64,000 nucleotides of DNA, from the NCBI GenBank assembly GCA_030704615.1, contig CM060734.1, positions 26,350,001-26,414,000 of the forward strand, given 5' to 3'. How positions within the stretch are numbered: the stretch's first letter is position 1; each line of letters begins with the position of its first letter. The translations under genes and the position numbers were made by a program. This document shows positions 52,041-64,000 of the stretch, piece by piece. The notes under the pieces are model-generated. The model did not search any database and was not told where the DNA came from. It saw only the letters and a list, made by a program, of their open reading frames with translations. Source of the stretch: Takakia lepidozioides (Eukaryota > Plantae > Bryophyta).

Positions 52041-53982
52041 TTAATATCATGTCAAGACATGGACAAGACCCACTAGGGTCATTGTCAATTAAAGACATAA
52101 ACAACCCAAAACAGGGCACCATCTAACATTTCCATTCTTGTCATAGCTTCCCATGAATTGACATCACCCAATCAGTCATGATAAAACAGGGTGGGAGGGC
52201 GGGGTTTGTTCATGTAGGGGATGCAAGCATCTTGAACACCCGAGATCCGGCCATCTTGGCCAATGAATCATTTGTTCATGTATGGGACAAGATAAGATAT
52301 TGTTGTCCCTGTGCAGGCTACAAGGCCTCTTGGCTCAGCCTGTACATATACCAGCAGCCTACCATTTCAGCCATTAATTATGGCAGGTCATGCATCAGCC
52401 AAGGCATAAGGACCAGCCTGCAGTTTGTCAGAATCTCAGTATGCCACCAAGCAGTCCAACTTGAGCAAGATGAAATAGATTCCATATCATTTGTATTCAC
52501 CCCGAGATATGTGATCATACAAGGTATCAAGGGAATGTGAATGCAGCCTGTCAAATTGCAGGTTCAAGACTTGTACAAACAAGCAGCATGAACAGCCGAG
52601 ATCCAGCCTCTTTTGTATATAAAAAACCAGATTGCAGGTCATAGGCCTGATGTCATGATAGAGCCAAAACTATAGGTAGGATCCCATTGCAGCTTACCAT
52701 CCTCATCCTTCAAGAGTTCCATGCTAAGACATGCAAAGAACACCTTACTATGATCCAGTACACATCAGAAGCAGGCCTGAAAAGGAGCAGGGTAGTACCC
52801 TACCAGGCTGCCGCCATAAACTTCAAGGCCCCCAGGTCCATAGTCACCCAAAACCGCCAAAAACATCCCACCAAAAACCAAATCCTCTTTGGCCAAAAGA
52901 ACTTACAACCTAGCTTAATAATCCACAGGCTTTGCTGTCAAAGATCAAAATGTAGGGTATGGTTTGTATGCAAGCCTAAGGAAACGGGCCAGTCAGGCCG
53001 AGCTACGCATCGGTGGCAGAACAACAAAGGCCAGAACGCAGGCTGTAGCATGTCAAGCCAGGGGCAGTCGGGTTGAAATCGGGGCTGCAGGCAGCAGCCA
53101 CCTCACAGCGCACAAACCCATAGGTCTCCTCGGGGAATGCTTGCGCGTGAGCCTGTGAGCCTGTGAGCCTGGCTAGGCTCACGCCACATCAGCAAGCATC
53201 CACGTGTTCAGGCCCTAATTCCGTGCTTCCCCCCCCCCCCCCCCCTATTACCGCGGATCAGCTGTCGCCTATGTCCTAATTTTTTATCCCTCTTCATGGC
53301 CCCCACATGAATATTCTTTGTGGCCGAGAACAATGGCAGGTTTGCGGATGAATTATGATTGAGGTCATGACTTTGGAATGAGGAGATCGCCCACTAGAGA
53401 ACTGAATATTAAAAGCAAACATTTTTTTTGGGCAAAGCAGTACATTCATTCCAACACACAAATATTTTTCAATTCCGCAATCCGAAGACCTATCCTAGGC
53501 AATCCCTAACTGTACTTACGGGAACGCGCAAAGAACTTGAAAAACAGTTTGGAGATGGAAGCAAAACCAAAACACAATTTATTGAGCCTCGGTACTTGAA
53601 CCTAAAGAAATATTGGAGGTTTTAGAGGAACCACTTCCAGAGTTTACAGCAATATCATCTATGAATACAGCAGCACATCCATGACGTTTTTTTTTTCCAC
53701 GACCTTCATGGAGATGCGAATACAGTGTTTGTTCAGATAACACCCGTGCGCAAGCTTCCGCGTAAACCGGCAAGCGGTTGGATCTAGGGGGGCTCGGGGA
53801 CATGTAGTATCCTTGGAAACCGAAAGGTGTCTGCTGATTCGATGACTGGTGCTGAACTCTGCAAAGCAAGAAGAGGAATGGCGGTAGATGTTAACATCCA
53901 GATATAGACAACGAAAGCCACTATTTCTCGAATGGGAATGACACAAGGAAATGCAACATATTTTGCACGACTACACAAGAAC

Positions 53983-55719
53983 TTACTCACACTCAAAATC
54001 GGAGTCCACGTCCAGATCCTCGTCAGGCGCTTCGGGCTCCTCCAGAAGTCCCTCTGTGGATGGGGCAGAAGTAGTGCCCGACTCAAGCTGACAAAGCTCG
54101 CTTGAGAAGAACTCCGTATCAGCTTCCATGCCGAAGAAGTGCCTTCCGGCGCTCTTGCAAGCATGAAAACATGCTCCTGCAAATCCAAGAAGAACGAGAA
54201 ATAAAAACAGGGTTTCCCTAAGGTCACTGCCCATATGTCAAACACAATGTGAAGGGCCCCACCTGTGCCCATAGACAAGTCAACCACTCGTCCACCATGA
54301 CGGCTGCATGTCTCCACCAAAGTCTACATGAAAGCTGGAGATTTCTCCCGTGCACCTCTCTAAGGGACACCAATCGACCTTTTCATAGTCCGACCCGAGT
54401 CGACGTAATTGAAGATAACATCATCCTCCACAGGCTCGCAGGTGGGGTCAATGTGAGCTGCAAGGTCCCTCAACTGAAACTCAGCAACACCAGCAGGAAG
54501 AGTGTCTTTCCGCCTCACCAGGCACAAAGCTTCGAACACCCGTGTTTGTCAATAATCACGAAGAGAGCATGAGACAGAAGACATAACCCACCATTTTGAT
54601 TGACCGAAAAACCACGAAACATCAATTGAAAGGAACCAACTCACTTTCTGCCCCGGGAACTCGCCCTTCGTAAGAGGCAGAGTATTGATGCATGTCCAAG
54701 TTTTGATGACACGAAACCCGGAAGCTTTCATGTAGCTGAAAAGAGTTCTTCGAGCCGACATGTCCTTTGACTGCATGAGACGAAGAGCCCCCGAGTCCGA
54801 AAGGAACTTGTTGCTGAACGAGAAAGCCCACTGCCAGTAACGAGAATCCGATTTGTTCCAAGTCGGGGTCGAATTGGAAGGAAACACATCAGGGACAGGA
54901 AAACCGTCAGGAATGTCCAGCACCACAAGGTCAGTCGCGTATGCCTGCTGAACTCCATTCACCCATTCCGGACTTTTTGTGACCTACAGCCAAAAACATG
55001 AGACAGTGTAAGAAGCCCAATCCAAATCTAACAGGAGATCAATCCCCTGGACAAGCCACAACAAGCTGCCAAAACACAATTATTCATACAACAGTTTAGA
55101 CATAAGTGTTCACCTGAGTGAGGAATGAAACAAGCATGTCCCATGATTTCGAGGGCACCCCTTTGAATGTGGACTTCCTGGACTCCATCATTGCAAGAAA
55201 ACTTTCATTCAGCACCTTACGATTGAACTGGCCCAAAACCCTGGAGGGATGTTCTCTCGCCTCGAAAACTTGCTCCCTTGACTTTGATGTTCTCTTATCC
55301 CTCCTTGCGGGAGAAGGCTGTCTTTCAGGAACCTCTGACGGTCCTTGTCCTTGTGGAGCTGCACTTTTCCCCTTCCCCTTCGGATCCCCGACAATCTTCC
55401 CCTTTCGTTTTGGAGTAGCAGTTTCTCGGGCTCTTTTGTAGCCAGAGCCGAAATGATTCTGTCTTGGATGTCTTTGTCAGCCAATGGGGCAATCGCTGCG
55501 GCATTGTCGTTTAGGTTTCTCAAAACAACTTCATCGAATGGAGTGTCCTGTTTTGGCAGGTCGAGGTACCACCCACAGTCTCGGAAGTGCGCCCTGCTCC
55601 AGTCTTTGGCAATACCAGCCGTGTACATTGTCTTGTCATTGGAGGGGTCAGCCCATGAATAGATGAAGTCTGGGTCATCGCTAAGGTACTTTCCCGGTAT
55701 GAGGATATGATACATATAC
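53983..55719 (-). pseudogene. Beta-class N4-cytosine/N6-adenine DNA methyltransferase-like gene, >=4 exons
   Basis: Exons 55719-55114, 54983-54645, ~54547-54263, 54176-53983 with phase-consistent GT-AG introns (one acceptor reads CAA). Motif IV-like DLVVLDIPDG precedes motif X/I-like REKSPAF...RVVDLSMGTG|ACFHACKSAGRHFFGMEAD. Two in-frame TAG and one frameshift. Confidence 0.75.
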
Positions 55720-55842
55720 CTGAATCACACACAAAAAACCTAGACAGTCATTCGATCAGAAAACGAAAAAGAACGCACATCCGAAAAAAGATATTGAAAT
55801 GCAGGAAGGCAACACTGAGAAATCTACTTTTGAAATCCCGAA

Positions 55843-56350
55843 TCAACCTTGCGTTGACGCAATGTTCATTCGAGCAGAAATGGGGAACACCAAATGATAA
55901 TGTTATATTGATAGAGACAACGACTGAGAAGCGCAATTCAACATTGCTTCAACGCAAGGTTGTTTTCATTCAGAGCAGAAATGGAAAACACTACCTAAAA
56001 ACTACCATCTGACTATGTACTGGTGCGGATATTCAACATTGCGTTGGCGCAATGTTGAAATCCTCTGTTGAAACACATGTCAATGCTATCTGATAATGAT
56101 AAGTTTCCTACAATTGTATGGAAATTGGGGGATGGATGCGGGAAATTTCCAGCAATCCATACCGCCAAACAACCTTGCGTCAACGCAAGTCTGTTTGTTG
56201 GTACAGTGAAAGTTGTAAATAGCATTTCAAATCGACTCCAAACAGTCTTATGTTCATCTTGGCAGCATTGGAACTGGATTTGAACTACCCAAAACCACAG
56301 GAAAAGCTACATAGCCTGCCACTTCATCAACCTTGCGTTGACGCAAGGCT
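55843..56350. repeat. Five CAAC(C/A)TTGCGTYRACGCAA(G/T)GTTG-type palindromes
   Basis: Central hexamers at 55853, 55948, 56043, 56179, 56337. Confidence 0.8.
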
Positions 56351-56429
56351 GATTTTCCTGTCAGTTTATCCCCTTTCACATTCAGAAAAAACGGCATTAT
56401 GGGATACCCAGGTATAGGTAAGTGAAACC

Positions 56430-58675
56430 AGGACAATGGGAAACAACGTTGTCCCTTCCCGGTTTGTACTGGATATCCACGTCGAACACCGCCAAAGTAT
56501 CTTGCCACCTAAGTTGTTTTGGGGACAACTTAGGCTGTATGTGAAATAATCCCCTCCAAAAATTTGATATGAACTGTGGTCCTCGATCAGATACGATGTC
56601 CTTCGGAAGTCCATGAATGCGGTAGATATTATTGAGGAAGAGTCTTGCAGTTTCCTCGCCAGTAACCGTCTTATTACATGGAATGAAATGTGTCATCTTC
56701 GTAACGATCCACAATAACAAGGATTGAGTCGGTGGTCTTAGAAATTGGAAGGTCCATAATAAAGTCCATAGACAAGGGCGACCATGGACCCTTGGGAATG
56801 GGTAATGGTTGAAGAAGGCCGTAAGGTCGATGTCGTGGTCCCTTTGCCCTAGCACGGGTGTCACAAGATTTTACAAATTCTTTCACGAGTTTCCACACTT
56901 GCGGCCACCAATAGTCCCTGGATATCAATTCCATTGTTTTGTTGAAGCCGAAATGTCCTGTAGCCGGAAGATCATGACATGTTTGAAGAATTTGAAGTTG
57001 TGTAGGTCTTGGAGGTACATAGAGAAATCCCTTGAAACAAAGTAAGTCATCTTTAAATTCGAAGTCGTTTGTAACATGTGGGTTGTCTCGAGGTCGATTT
57101 AGTTGACTTCGTAGTGTCGTGGGTCAAGATGATGGATTTCTGTTGATCAAAAGCTGCATCCCCTTCTTTTGGCGCAAGATACGATCGTCGAGAAAGAGTA
57201 TCTAGTTTTCCTTGAAGATGTCCGGGACGGTAGGTAATAACAAAATCAAACCTTGCTAGTGACATACTCCGTCTCGCTTGACGTCGATTCAAAACACGAG
57301 CACTCATAAAATACTCGCGGTTTTTGTGATCGGTATAGACAGTGACCTGATGTTTAGCTCTCTCCAATAGATGATGCCACTCCTCAAAAACATCAATAAT
57401 CGCTAAAAGTTCTTTGTCATGGATTGCATAATTGATCTCCGCAGCGGAAAATTTGCGAGAACGAAAACTAATAAGGTGAAGTCGGCCATCTGTACCGTAT
57501 TGAGAGAGTACCGCACCAAGTGCAAAGTCCGATACATCTGCTTCCAAAAAGAATGGTTTAGATGGGTCTGCATGTACCAGTATTGGAGCCGTTGTAAATG
57601 CCTGCTTCAGCCTTTCAAATGCTTGGTCCCATACAAATTTGTCCTTCCCTATGAGTCATGTCAATGGTGCAGCAATTTTGGAGTAGTCCTTGATGAAGAT
57701 TCTATAGAAATTTGCAAATCCTAGAAAACATTGTACCTCTCGGACTGAAGTTGGTTTAATCCACTCGATGATGGTTTGTATTTTCTTCTGATCCATAAAG
57801 ACTCATTTGTCGGAAATAATGTAGCCCGAAAATTCGACTTCAGATTGGTGGAAAAGACATTTTTCCAACTTGGCATATAGTTTTTTTTCCCTCAATTTAT
57901 CTAGGACAAGGCGTACATGGCGACCATGTTCTTCTTCATTCTGTGAAAATATCAAAATGTCGTCCAAATAAATGACTACAAAGTCATCTAAAAATTCTCG
58001 AAAGATGTCATTCATCATGTGTTGAAAAATTGCTGGAGCATTTGTAAGACCGAAATGCATAACACTGTATTCGAAATGTCCGTACTTTGTGCGAAAAACA
58101 GTCTTCCATTTGTCTCCTTCTTTTATTCGTACAAGGTTGTAAGCTCATCTCAAGTCGATCTTTGTGAAAAAATTTGCTCGTCTAAGTTGTTCGAGGAGTC
58201 CAGAAATCAGCGGTAGTGGGTAACGATTTTTTATAGTGACTTTGTTGAGCCCACGATAGTCCACACACATGCGTAACGATCTGTCCTTCTTCCTCACAAA
58301 TAAGATAGGTGCTCTCGCGGGTGATTTCGAATGTCGAATGAAATTCTTTGACAAATTTTCATCAATGTATTCGCGTCAAGCAGCCAGCTCCGTCTGAGAT
58401 AAATTGTAGATCGGGCCGAATGGTGGTTGAGCTCTTTCTTGCAACTCAATTGCACAATCATAAGGTCGATGTTCTGGCAACATGTCTGCATTTTTCTTCT
58501 CGAAGACATCCTTGAAATCTTGATATTGAGTGGGTAACGTCGAAGTACCTTGGTCTGTTGTGGTTTTGATCGGAGTCGCATAAAGTGCAAATGTCGCGTC
58601 TTTCTTCGTAGCTCTCACGAAGGCTCTAGCTCCAAGAAACAGGGGTTGAATACCTTTGGTACTTTTACATTTTTG
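56430..58675 (-). pseudogene. LTR-less Ty3/gypsy pol fragment (Tf/Tcn1-chromovirus-like RT-RH-INT)
   Basis: [74 protein letters not shown]. Confidence 0.9.
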
Positions 58676-59795
58676 TGAGCATATGTGCAGATGGCACCCC
58701 TCTCGTGGGAAGAGTTCCCCATCTGGAAGGCGAAGAGAGATTCGGGTCTTGCAAACGGAAATTGGACACCCCTCCGGGATCGGATGCAGATTCCCATAGG
58801 GCGGACAGGGTGAACTTCTCGACGCCACGTGTTCCCTTGGATCAGAGATGGAATTGCGGAACATCCACAGGTGAGGGCTACTCTGCCCCAGACCGGACCC
58901 CTGCATCAAGCATTGTCACTGCAATGGTTGAAGACCAGAACGTGGTGCCGCATATAATCGAGTCCATGGGCTTGGACGAGGTTTGGCATATAGAACGCAC
59001 AAGTGCTGGATCTCGTGTGAAATGCGCGGCGATCAGGGCCACCAATCATGAAAAATGTACATCATTAATCTCCAGAGGGAAAGAACGCACTGTAGCTCCT
59101 ACATTCACGGGTTTGTTTCTCCCTTACGGACAAGGCGAGGCAAAGAACCACAAGTTCTGGTTCTGCGCTGACGATTGTGGGAGATGTGTGCATGGACAGT
59201 GAGGCCTTCCGTGGTAAGGAAGCCTACTCCACCAACCGTGTGGCTTGTGAAGATGGGCACAGGTCTCACTCACCGAGAGATCGCAATGCTGGAAGAGGCG
59301 GGTTTCTCCCTAGCCAGACATTCCATTGCACGTGAAGGTGCTTCAAGTGGAAGCGGTTCACGGGTACCTCCGCCTGACGCTCACTTGTGGCCAACCAGAC
59401 GGAATGGGAAGCTGGTTCGATGATTCCCTCCAACCGCAGAACACTACGGTAAAATTGAGTCCGCCAGAATGCTTCACGCTCGTGTTGCGGGAACAATGGA
59501 AGTGCCTGATCCAGGGTATGGTCGGGTCTTCACCATGATCTCATCCGCATCTGCGCTGCAGGACAGGACGTACGAAATCATTGTTTCCAATTTTCCCAAT
59601 TGTACATGTCCTGATTTTGTTGGTATGCTTTCAAGTAGTTTGGGAAAGAGAGGGAAGTTCATACCGTGCAAACACCTTTACTTCGTCTTCTTGAGAAGGA
59701 TGGTTTGTGATCCAAAGCGCGACTTCTTCATCCACCAAGCCACTATGAGTTTCAACGAAGTCAACACATTTCTACAGCGGGATACAAGCCCATAA
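58675..59795 (+). pseudogene. C-terminal part of MULE transposase with SWIM zinc finger, copy 2
   Basis: PHLEGEERFGSCKRKL...DSHR.DRVNFS shared with 2650-2750. SWIM CTCPDF...PCKHLYFV. Frameshifted. Confidence 0.88.
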
Positions 59796-59975
59796 AAATC
59801 TGTGTTTTCCTTGACTACAAGTTGTAATGGAATGACTGTTCAAGTCCAGTGACTCTCAATGTATGTCGTCTAACATCTTTGCTATGCGTGGGTCAATGCA
59901 TTTGTCGCATTGGTTTGTCATTCTCTTTTCATTAGCAAACACAAGAAACTACCTTCAGATAGACAGATGATCAAA

Positions 59976-60210
59976 TCAACCTCGTCTCAACACGAGGTTT
60001 ACTTGAAGTTCTCCAAATCCTCCTTGTGTTGACACAAGGATGATTTTAGTTCTCAGAAAACAACATCGTGTCAACATGAAGTTCATTTTTGTTCCAGGAA
60101 AACAACCTCGTGTTAACACGAGGTTTTGTTGAAGTTCTCCAAATCCCCCTTGTGTCAACACGAGGTTCATTTCAGTTCTACGAAATGAAGCTCCTGTTAA
60201 CAGAAGGTTG
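59976..60210. repeat. Six palindromes centred on GTYRAC-like hexamers at exact 42-bp period
   Basis: Central hexamers at 59986, 60028, 60070, 60112, 60154, 60196. Confidence 0.9.
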
Positions 60211-61039
60211 AACTCCAGGAAAGCCCAAAACCCTTCATCCGTTTCACCTTCATGTGGTGAAATCAGCAGTTGGGGGCTCCACGGTTATAGGCCCACCTTC
60301 TTTGTGGTGACGTGGCATGACCTGGACCAGGCTCACGCCACGTCAGCATCAGCGCCTTGTCAGCAGCGTGAGCGTAGGCTCACGACACGTCATCATTGTG
60401 TGAGCGTACGCTCACACGCTCACGCGCCAGGCTCACGCGGTAGCGTCGTTGGGTCTCCTCAGCCCATATCCCAATCTGCATGCTCAAGAAACTGCAAAGT
60501 AGGTGAGGGTCCTCACCTAGTCCCATCACAAGCCCCCACAAAAACCAACAGGTTAGTGAGGATTGTGGAGCCCCAGGTGAATCACAGACCCTCACACTTG
60601 TCATCGATGTCAACTAAGAAATTCAAAAGCAAGATAAAGAGATAAGAACATGAGAATCCCTAAACTCCAAAGGCACCTTAAGCAATTGGGGAAGAGGGTT
60701 ATGCGCCATCACCACCCGCAACAAGCCGCCTCCACAAAGCAAATAAGCAATGAAGCAAAGTAGGCACAATCGCAAGGCACTAGAAAGGAGGGAGAGAACT
60801 TCCCATCATAAGCATCCTTGCTAAGCACAGAAAAAACCAGAGGAGGGAAGATGCCACTACATTCATAGCAGTGTTTCCCGCTGCAAGAGAGACAAGGCGC
60901 CGCCTTCGCGCCCCCCCAGGCGCGCTCGTCCAGCATGGGTACGACACCACAAACGGGGCAGCCACCGAAGCACGTCCGCCATAACACTCTCCTCGCAAGC
61001 TCAGAAGCACATCGCATGCTTCTGACAGCGGGAGAGACG

Positions 61040-61570
61040 ACATAGGGTTGTCCCCCGATTATTCATCCGTGGATGAAAAACAATAGGACGCATCCGTATA
61101 CCCTGACGGATTTCATCCGTAGCAAGGTAAAAAATAGGTTTTGGGGTAGGGGTTAGGGTTTCCACCATAATTAATCATAATTAGGGGTAGTAAAGATCAG
61201 TTCCGGGTCATAATCACATCATCCATAGACAGATCACTTGTGTTAGGATGAAAAAGTAGGGAATATCGTCCGTGGTAGCGCCTTACCTCCATCTAGGTAA
61301 CTCTATCATTCCTCACCAGACCATCCGGTATGGATAAAAAGAGTCAATAAAAGAGGAATGAAAAATTATCACCCTGGTAGTTTTTCATCCGGTACGGATG
61401 GAAAAACAGGATGTTGTTGGCAACCTCCATAGAGGTAATTTTTTTCTTCTATGGTGACTCATCCGGTATGGATGAGAGTCAATAAAGGAGGAATGACAAA
61501 GCCAAAAGAACCATCCTAGAGGTAATTCAGTGTCCATCCTGGTGGCTCAACCGGTATGGATGAAAAAACC
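61040..61570. repeat. Dispersed CATCCGGTA(T/C)GGATG palindromic repeats
   Basis: Clear copies near 61321, 61386, 61460, 61550 plus variants at 61060-61120. Confidence 0.7.
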
Positions 61571-61624
61571 TGATAGAGGATGAGAAAACAAGAAGTCAAC
61601 ACTGATAGTAAGCTGCCAATTCCC

Positions 61625-61980
61625 AGTAGAGAGGGAGAGAGAGGGAGATACGGAGAGATGAGGGAAAGAAAAAAAAAAAAAGGGGGGGGGGGGACTTAGC
61701 AGCAACAGCTGTTGAGCTGCTGCTGCTCAGTCACTCCCCCCCCCTCCACCTGTTTTTTTTTTTGTTTTTTCCTCATCACTCCCTCTCTCTCTCTCTCTCT
61801 CCACATCCTGATGGGACAAAGGGAGAGATGCGGGAAAAGAGGGAGAGAGAGGGACAGAAGGAGAGAGGGACAGAGAGAGCGAAGGAGAGAGATGGACTGT
61901 TGAGGGGGAAAAAAGAAAAACAAAAGGTGGGGCGGTGGGGAGTAACTGAGCAGAGAGAGAGAGGGAGCAGCTGCTCAGTC

Positions 61981-62012
<32 letters not shown>

Positions 62013-63010
62013 ACCATTTTATTATTATTTTTCCCCCTAAACAGTCCCTCTCTCTCCCTCTCTCTCCACATCTTCATGGGACAGAGGGAGAGATGAGGGA
62101 AAAGAGGGAGAGAGAGGGACAGAGGGAGATGAAAAAAGAAGAAGATGAAAAACAAAAAAAAGATGGTGGGGGGGGGGAGGGGGGGGGGGGGGGGGGGGGG
62201 GTGGTGAGAGAGCGAGAGACGGAGAGAGAAGGAGAGATGAGGGAAAAATAAATAAAAAATGGTGGGGAGTGACTGAGCAGCTGCTCCCTCTCTCTCTCTC
62301 TCCCCCTCTCTCTCCACACCGTGATGGGACAGAGGGAGAGATGAGGGACAAGAGGGAGAGAGAGGGACTGTTGAGGGGGAAAAAAAACAAAAAAGTGGGG
62401 GGGGGGGGGGGCAGCTGCTCCAGTCACTTCCCCACCCCCCGACCATTTTTATTTTTTTTCCCCCCTCAACAGTCCCTCTCTCTCCACATCCTGATGGGAC
62501 AGAAGGAGACAGAGGGACAGAGGGACAAAGAGGAAGAGATGAGGGAAAAGAGGGAGAGAGGGAGAGAGTGGGAGAGATGAGGGAAGAAAAATAAAAAAGA
62601 AGGTTGGGGGGGGGGGAGTGACTCAGCAGCTGCTGCTGCTCAGTCACTCCCCCCCCCACCTTTTCGTTTTTTGTTTTTGGAATGGTGGGGGGTGCTGAGA
62701 GCAGCTTGCTGCTGCTGGTCTTAGCCCCCCCCCCCGACCTTTCATTTTTTGGTTTTGGCAATGGTGGGGGGCGCTGAGAGCTGCAACAGCAAGTACTTGC
62801 TGCTGCTGCTCTCTGTCCCCCCCACCTTTTTTTTTTTCTTTTTGGAATGGTGGGGGGCTGACAGCAGTAGCAAGTGCTGGTGCTCTCAGCACCCACCCCC
62901 CCCCCCCCCCCCCTCTTTTCATTTTTTGCTTATCAGCAGAGAGAGAAGAGGGGGAGATGGAGAAGGACATAAAGATAGAGGGAGATGGAGAGAGGGGAAG
63001 GGGGAGGGTC
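61625..63010. repeat. GA-rich/poly-G/C repeat with CTGAGCAGC/GCTGCTCAG hairpins
   Basis: Repeated ATGGGACAGAGGGAGAGATGAGGGAA plus hairpins. Confidence 0.85.
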
Positions 63011-63081
63011 AGGCCTTGTTTGTTTTTGGCATGTGAAATCACACGGTAGTAGTGTTGTGGGTGCAGGGATAAGCTAGTAGT

Positions 63082-63817
63082 ATGGCGAAGGACAAGGAGA
63101 AGGTAGGGAAGCCTGTAGGGAAGCCTGACAACGCTCCCGTCATTGACGGCCGTGTGACACGGTCCACTTGGTCCAAACTCACCAGCCCTATAGGCGGCTA
63201 TGTGAGAGGACCAAGCCGTAAGGCTGTCGAGGCCTCCACGCCCTCGAAGGTTGAGGCTGGGGATGCCTCCACTTGAGGGTGGTGCACCCAATGTTCAGGC
63301 TGGGATGCCACCCCACGGGCTGATGGAGGGCCCTGACTTTTACGCGGGGAAGCGCATTCTCAGATCTGCCGCCAGGTATGGGCAACTTGATCTTAGCCCC
63401 ACCGCTTATGCCTTTTCCCCTTCTTCTGCAGCCAAGAGGGCTTATAAGGGGGGGGGGGGGGGGGGTCAGAAGGGGGTGGGTTCCTCCTCACCTTGGGAGA
63501 AGAGGGAGGCTTCAAAGGAGGCCGCAATGAGGTGGAAGGAGGAGGAAAGGAAGAGGGAGGAAGACAAGAAGAGGGAAGAGGGAAATAAAGGGGCACGAGA
63601 AAGGGAGGGGGAAGAGGAGAGGGTGACATTGGCTATGGAGGGCCCCTTGCGAAGTCCGTTGCCTAAACGGTCAATGAAGAAGACCCTGGACTTTGCGGCG
63701 CCGCCTGCGAGCCTATTGGGTGCATGGGATAGGCTTTCACCCTTATTCCGAGAGGGCGTTATGGGGGGTGCACCACAAGCGGGGACCGAGGGCAACATTG
63801 AGGTCATGGACGCAAAG
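63082..63817 (+). other. Possible first coding exon of an unidentified gene or TE (disrupted)
   Basis: MAKDKEKVGK... low-complexity frames and an AAG|GTGAG donor near 63818. No recognisable domain. Confidence 0.25.
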
Positions 63818-64000
63818 GTGAGCCTCTTTCCTTCACCTTTTTTTCTTTCCTTTGCCTTTCATTTTGTTTCTGGTTTATTTCTAATTTTGTGGGTTTTGTG
63901 TTCAGGAGCTTGGCGCATTCGTGGCTAAGCTTGTGGCAAGCAGTGGGATTGCCACCGACAAAGCAGGGACAGTGGTGGTGCCTACCCGTGGGGACGGTAA

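Larger units (their letters stand above)
53132..60451 (+). mobile_element. Delimited Mutator-like element (7320 bp) with methyltransferase-like cargo
   Basis: 9-bp direct repeat GGTCTCCTC at 53123-53131 and 60452-60460. Termini GGGGAATGCTTGCGCGTGAGCCTG and (rc) CAACGACGCTACCGCGTGAGCCTG share CGCGTGAGCCTG at nt 13-24. Encloses the SWIM transposase C-terminus. Confidence 0.85.

Noticed and set aside
52050-60603. Solo LTR hosting the MULE (TG start at 52050, TATA-like at ~52617)
   Set aside because: No CA end with a matching TSD could be identified.
61696-63036. Pro/Ser/Leu- or Arg/Glu-rich ORFs
   Set aside because: Translations of simple repeats.

Overview
Eukaryotic, plant-type (spliceosomal introns) transposon-dense window with no clear host gene. 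It holds three copies of one non-chromoviral Ty3/gypsy family: A 3212-14713(-), B 26627-40003(-) and partial C ~40015-44560(+). The family has ~1 kb LTRs, an Arg-tRNA-like PBS, an ORF before gag and a very long sense ORF after pol. Also present are a decayed CACTA transposase, a 500-N gap and two copies of a Mutator-like (MULE) DDE/SWIM transposon family. Main find: a delimited 7.3 kb MULE (53132-60451, 9-bp TSD GGTCTCCTC, imperfect TIRs) carrying an intron-containing, now pseudogenised gene with the motif order of beta-class N4C/N6A DNA methyltransferases, divergent from its transposase. It also contains arrays of GTYRAC-centred palindromes spaced at near-integer helical turns. The other MULE copy was split by gypsy A (TSD GGGAG) and then inverted. 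It sits next to a larger array of related palindromes and a ParB/Srx-like (DGNHR) pseudogene. All family assignments are by-eye motif recognition; no database search was run.
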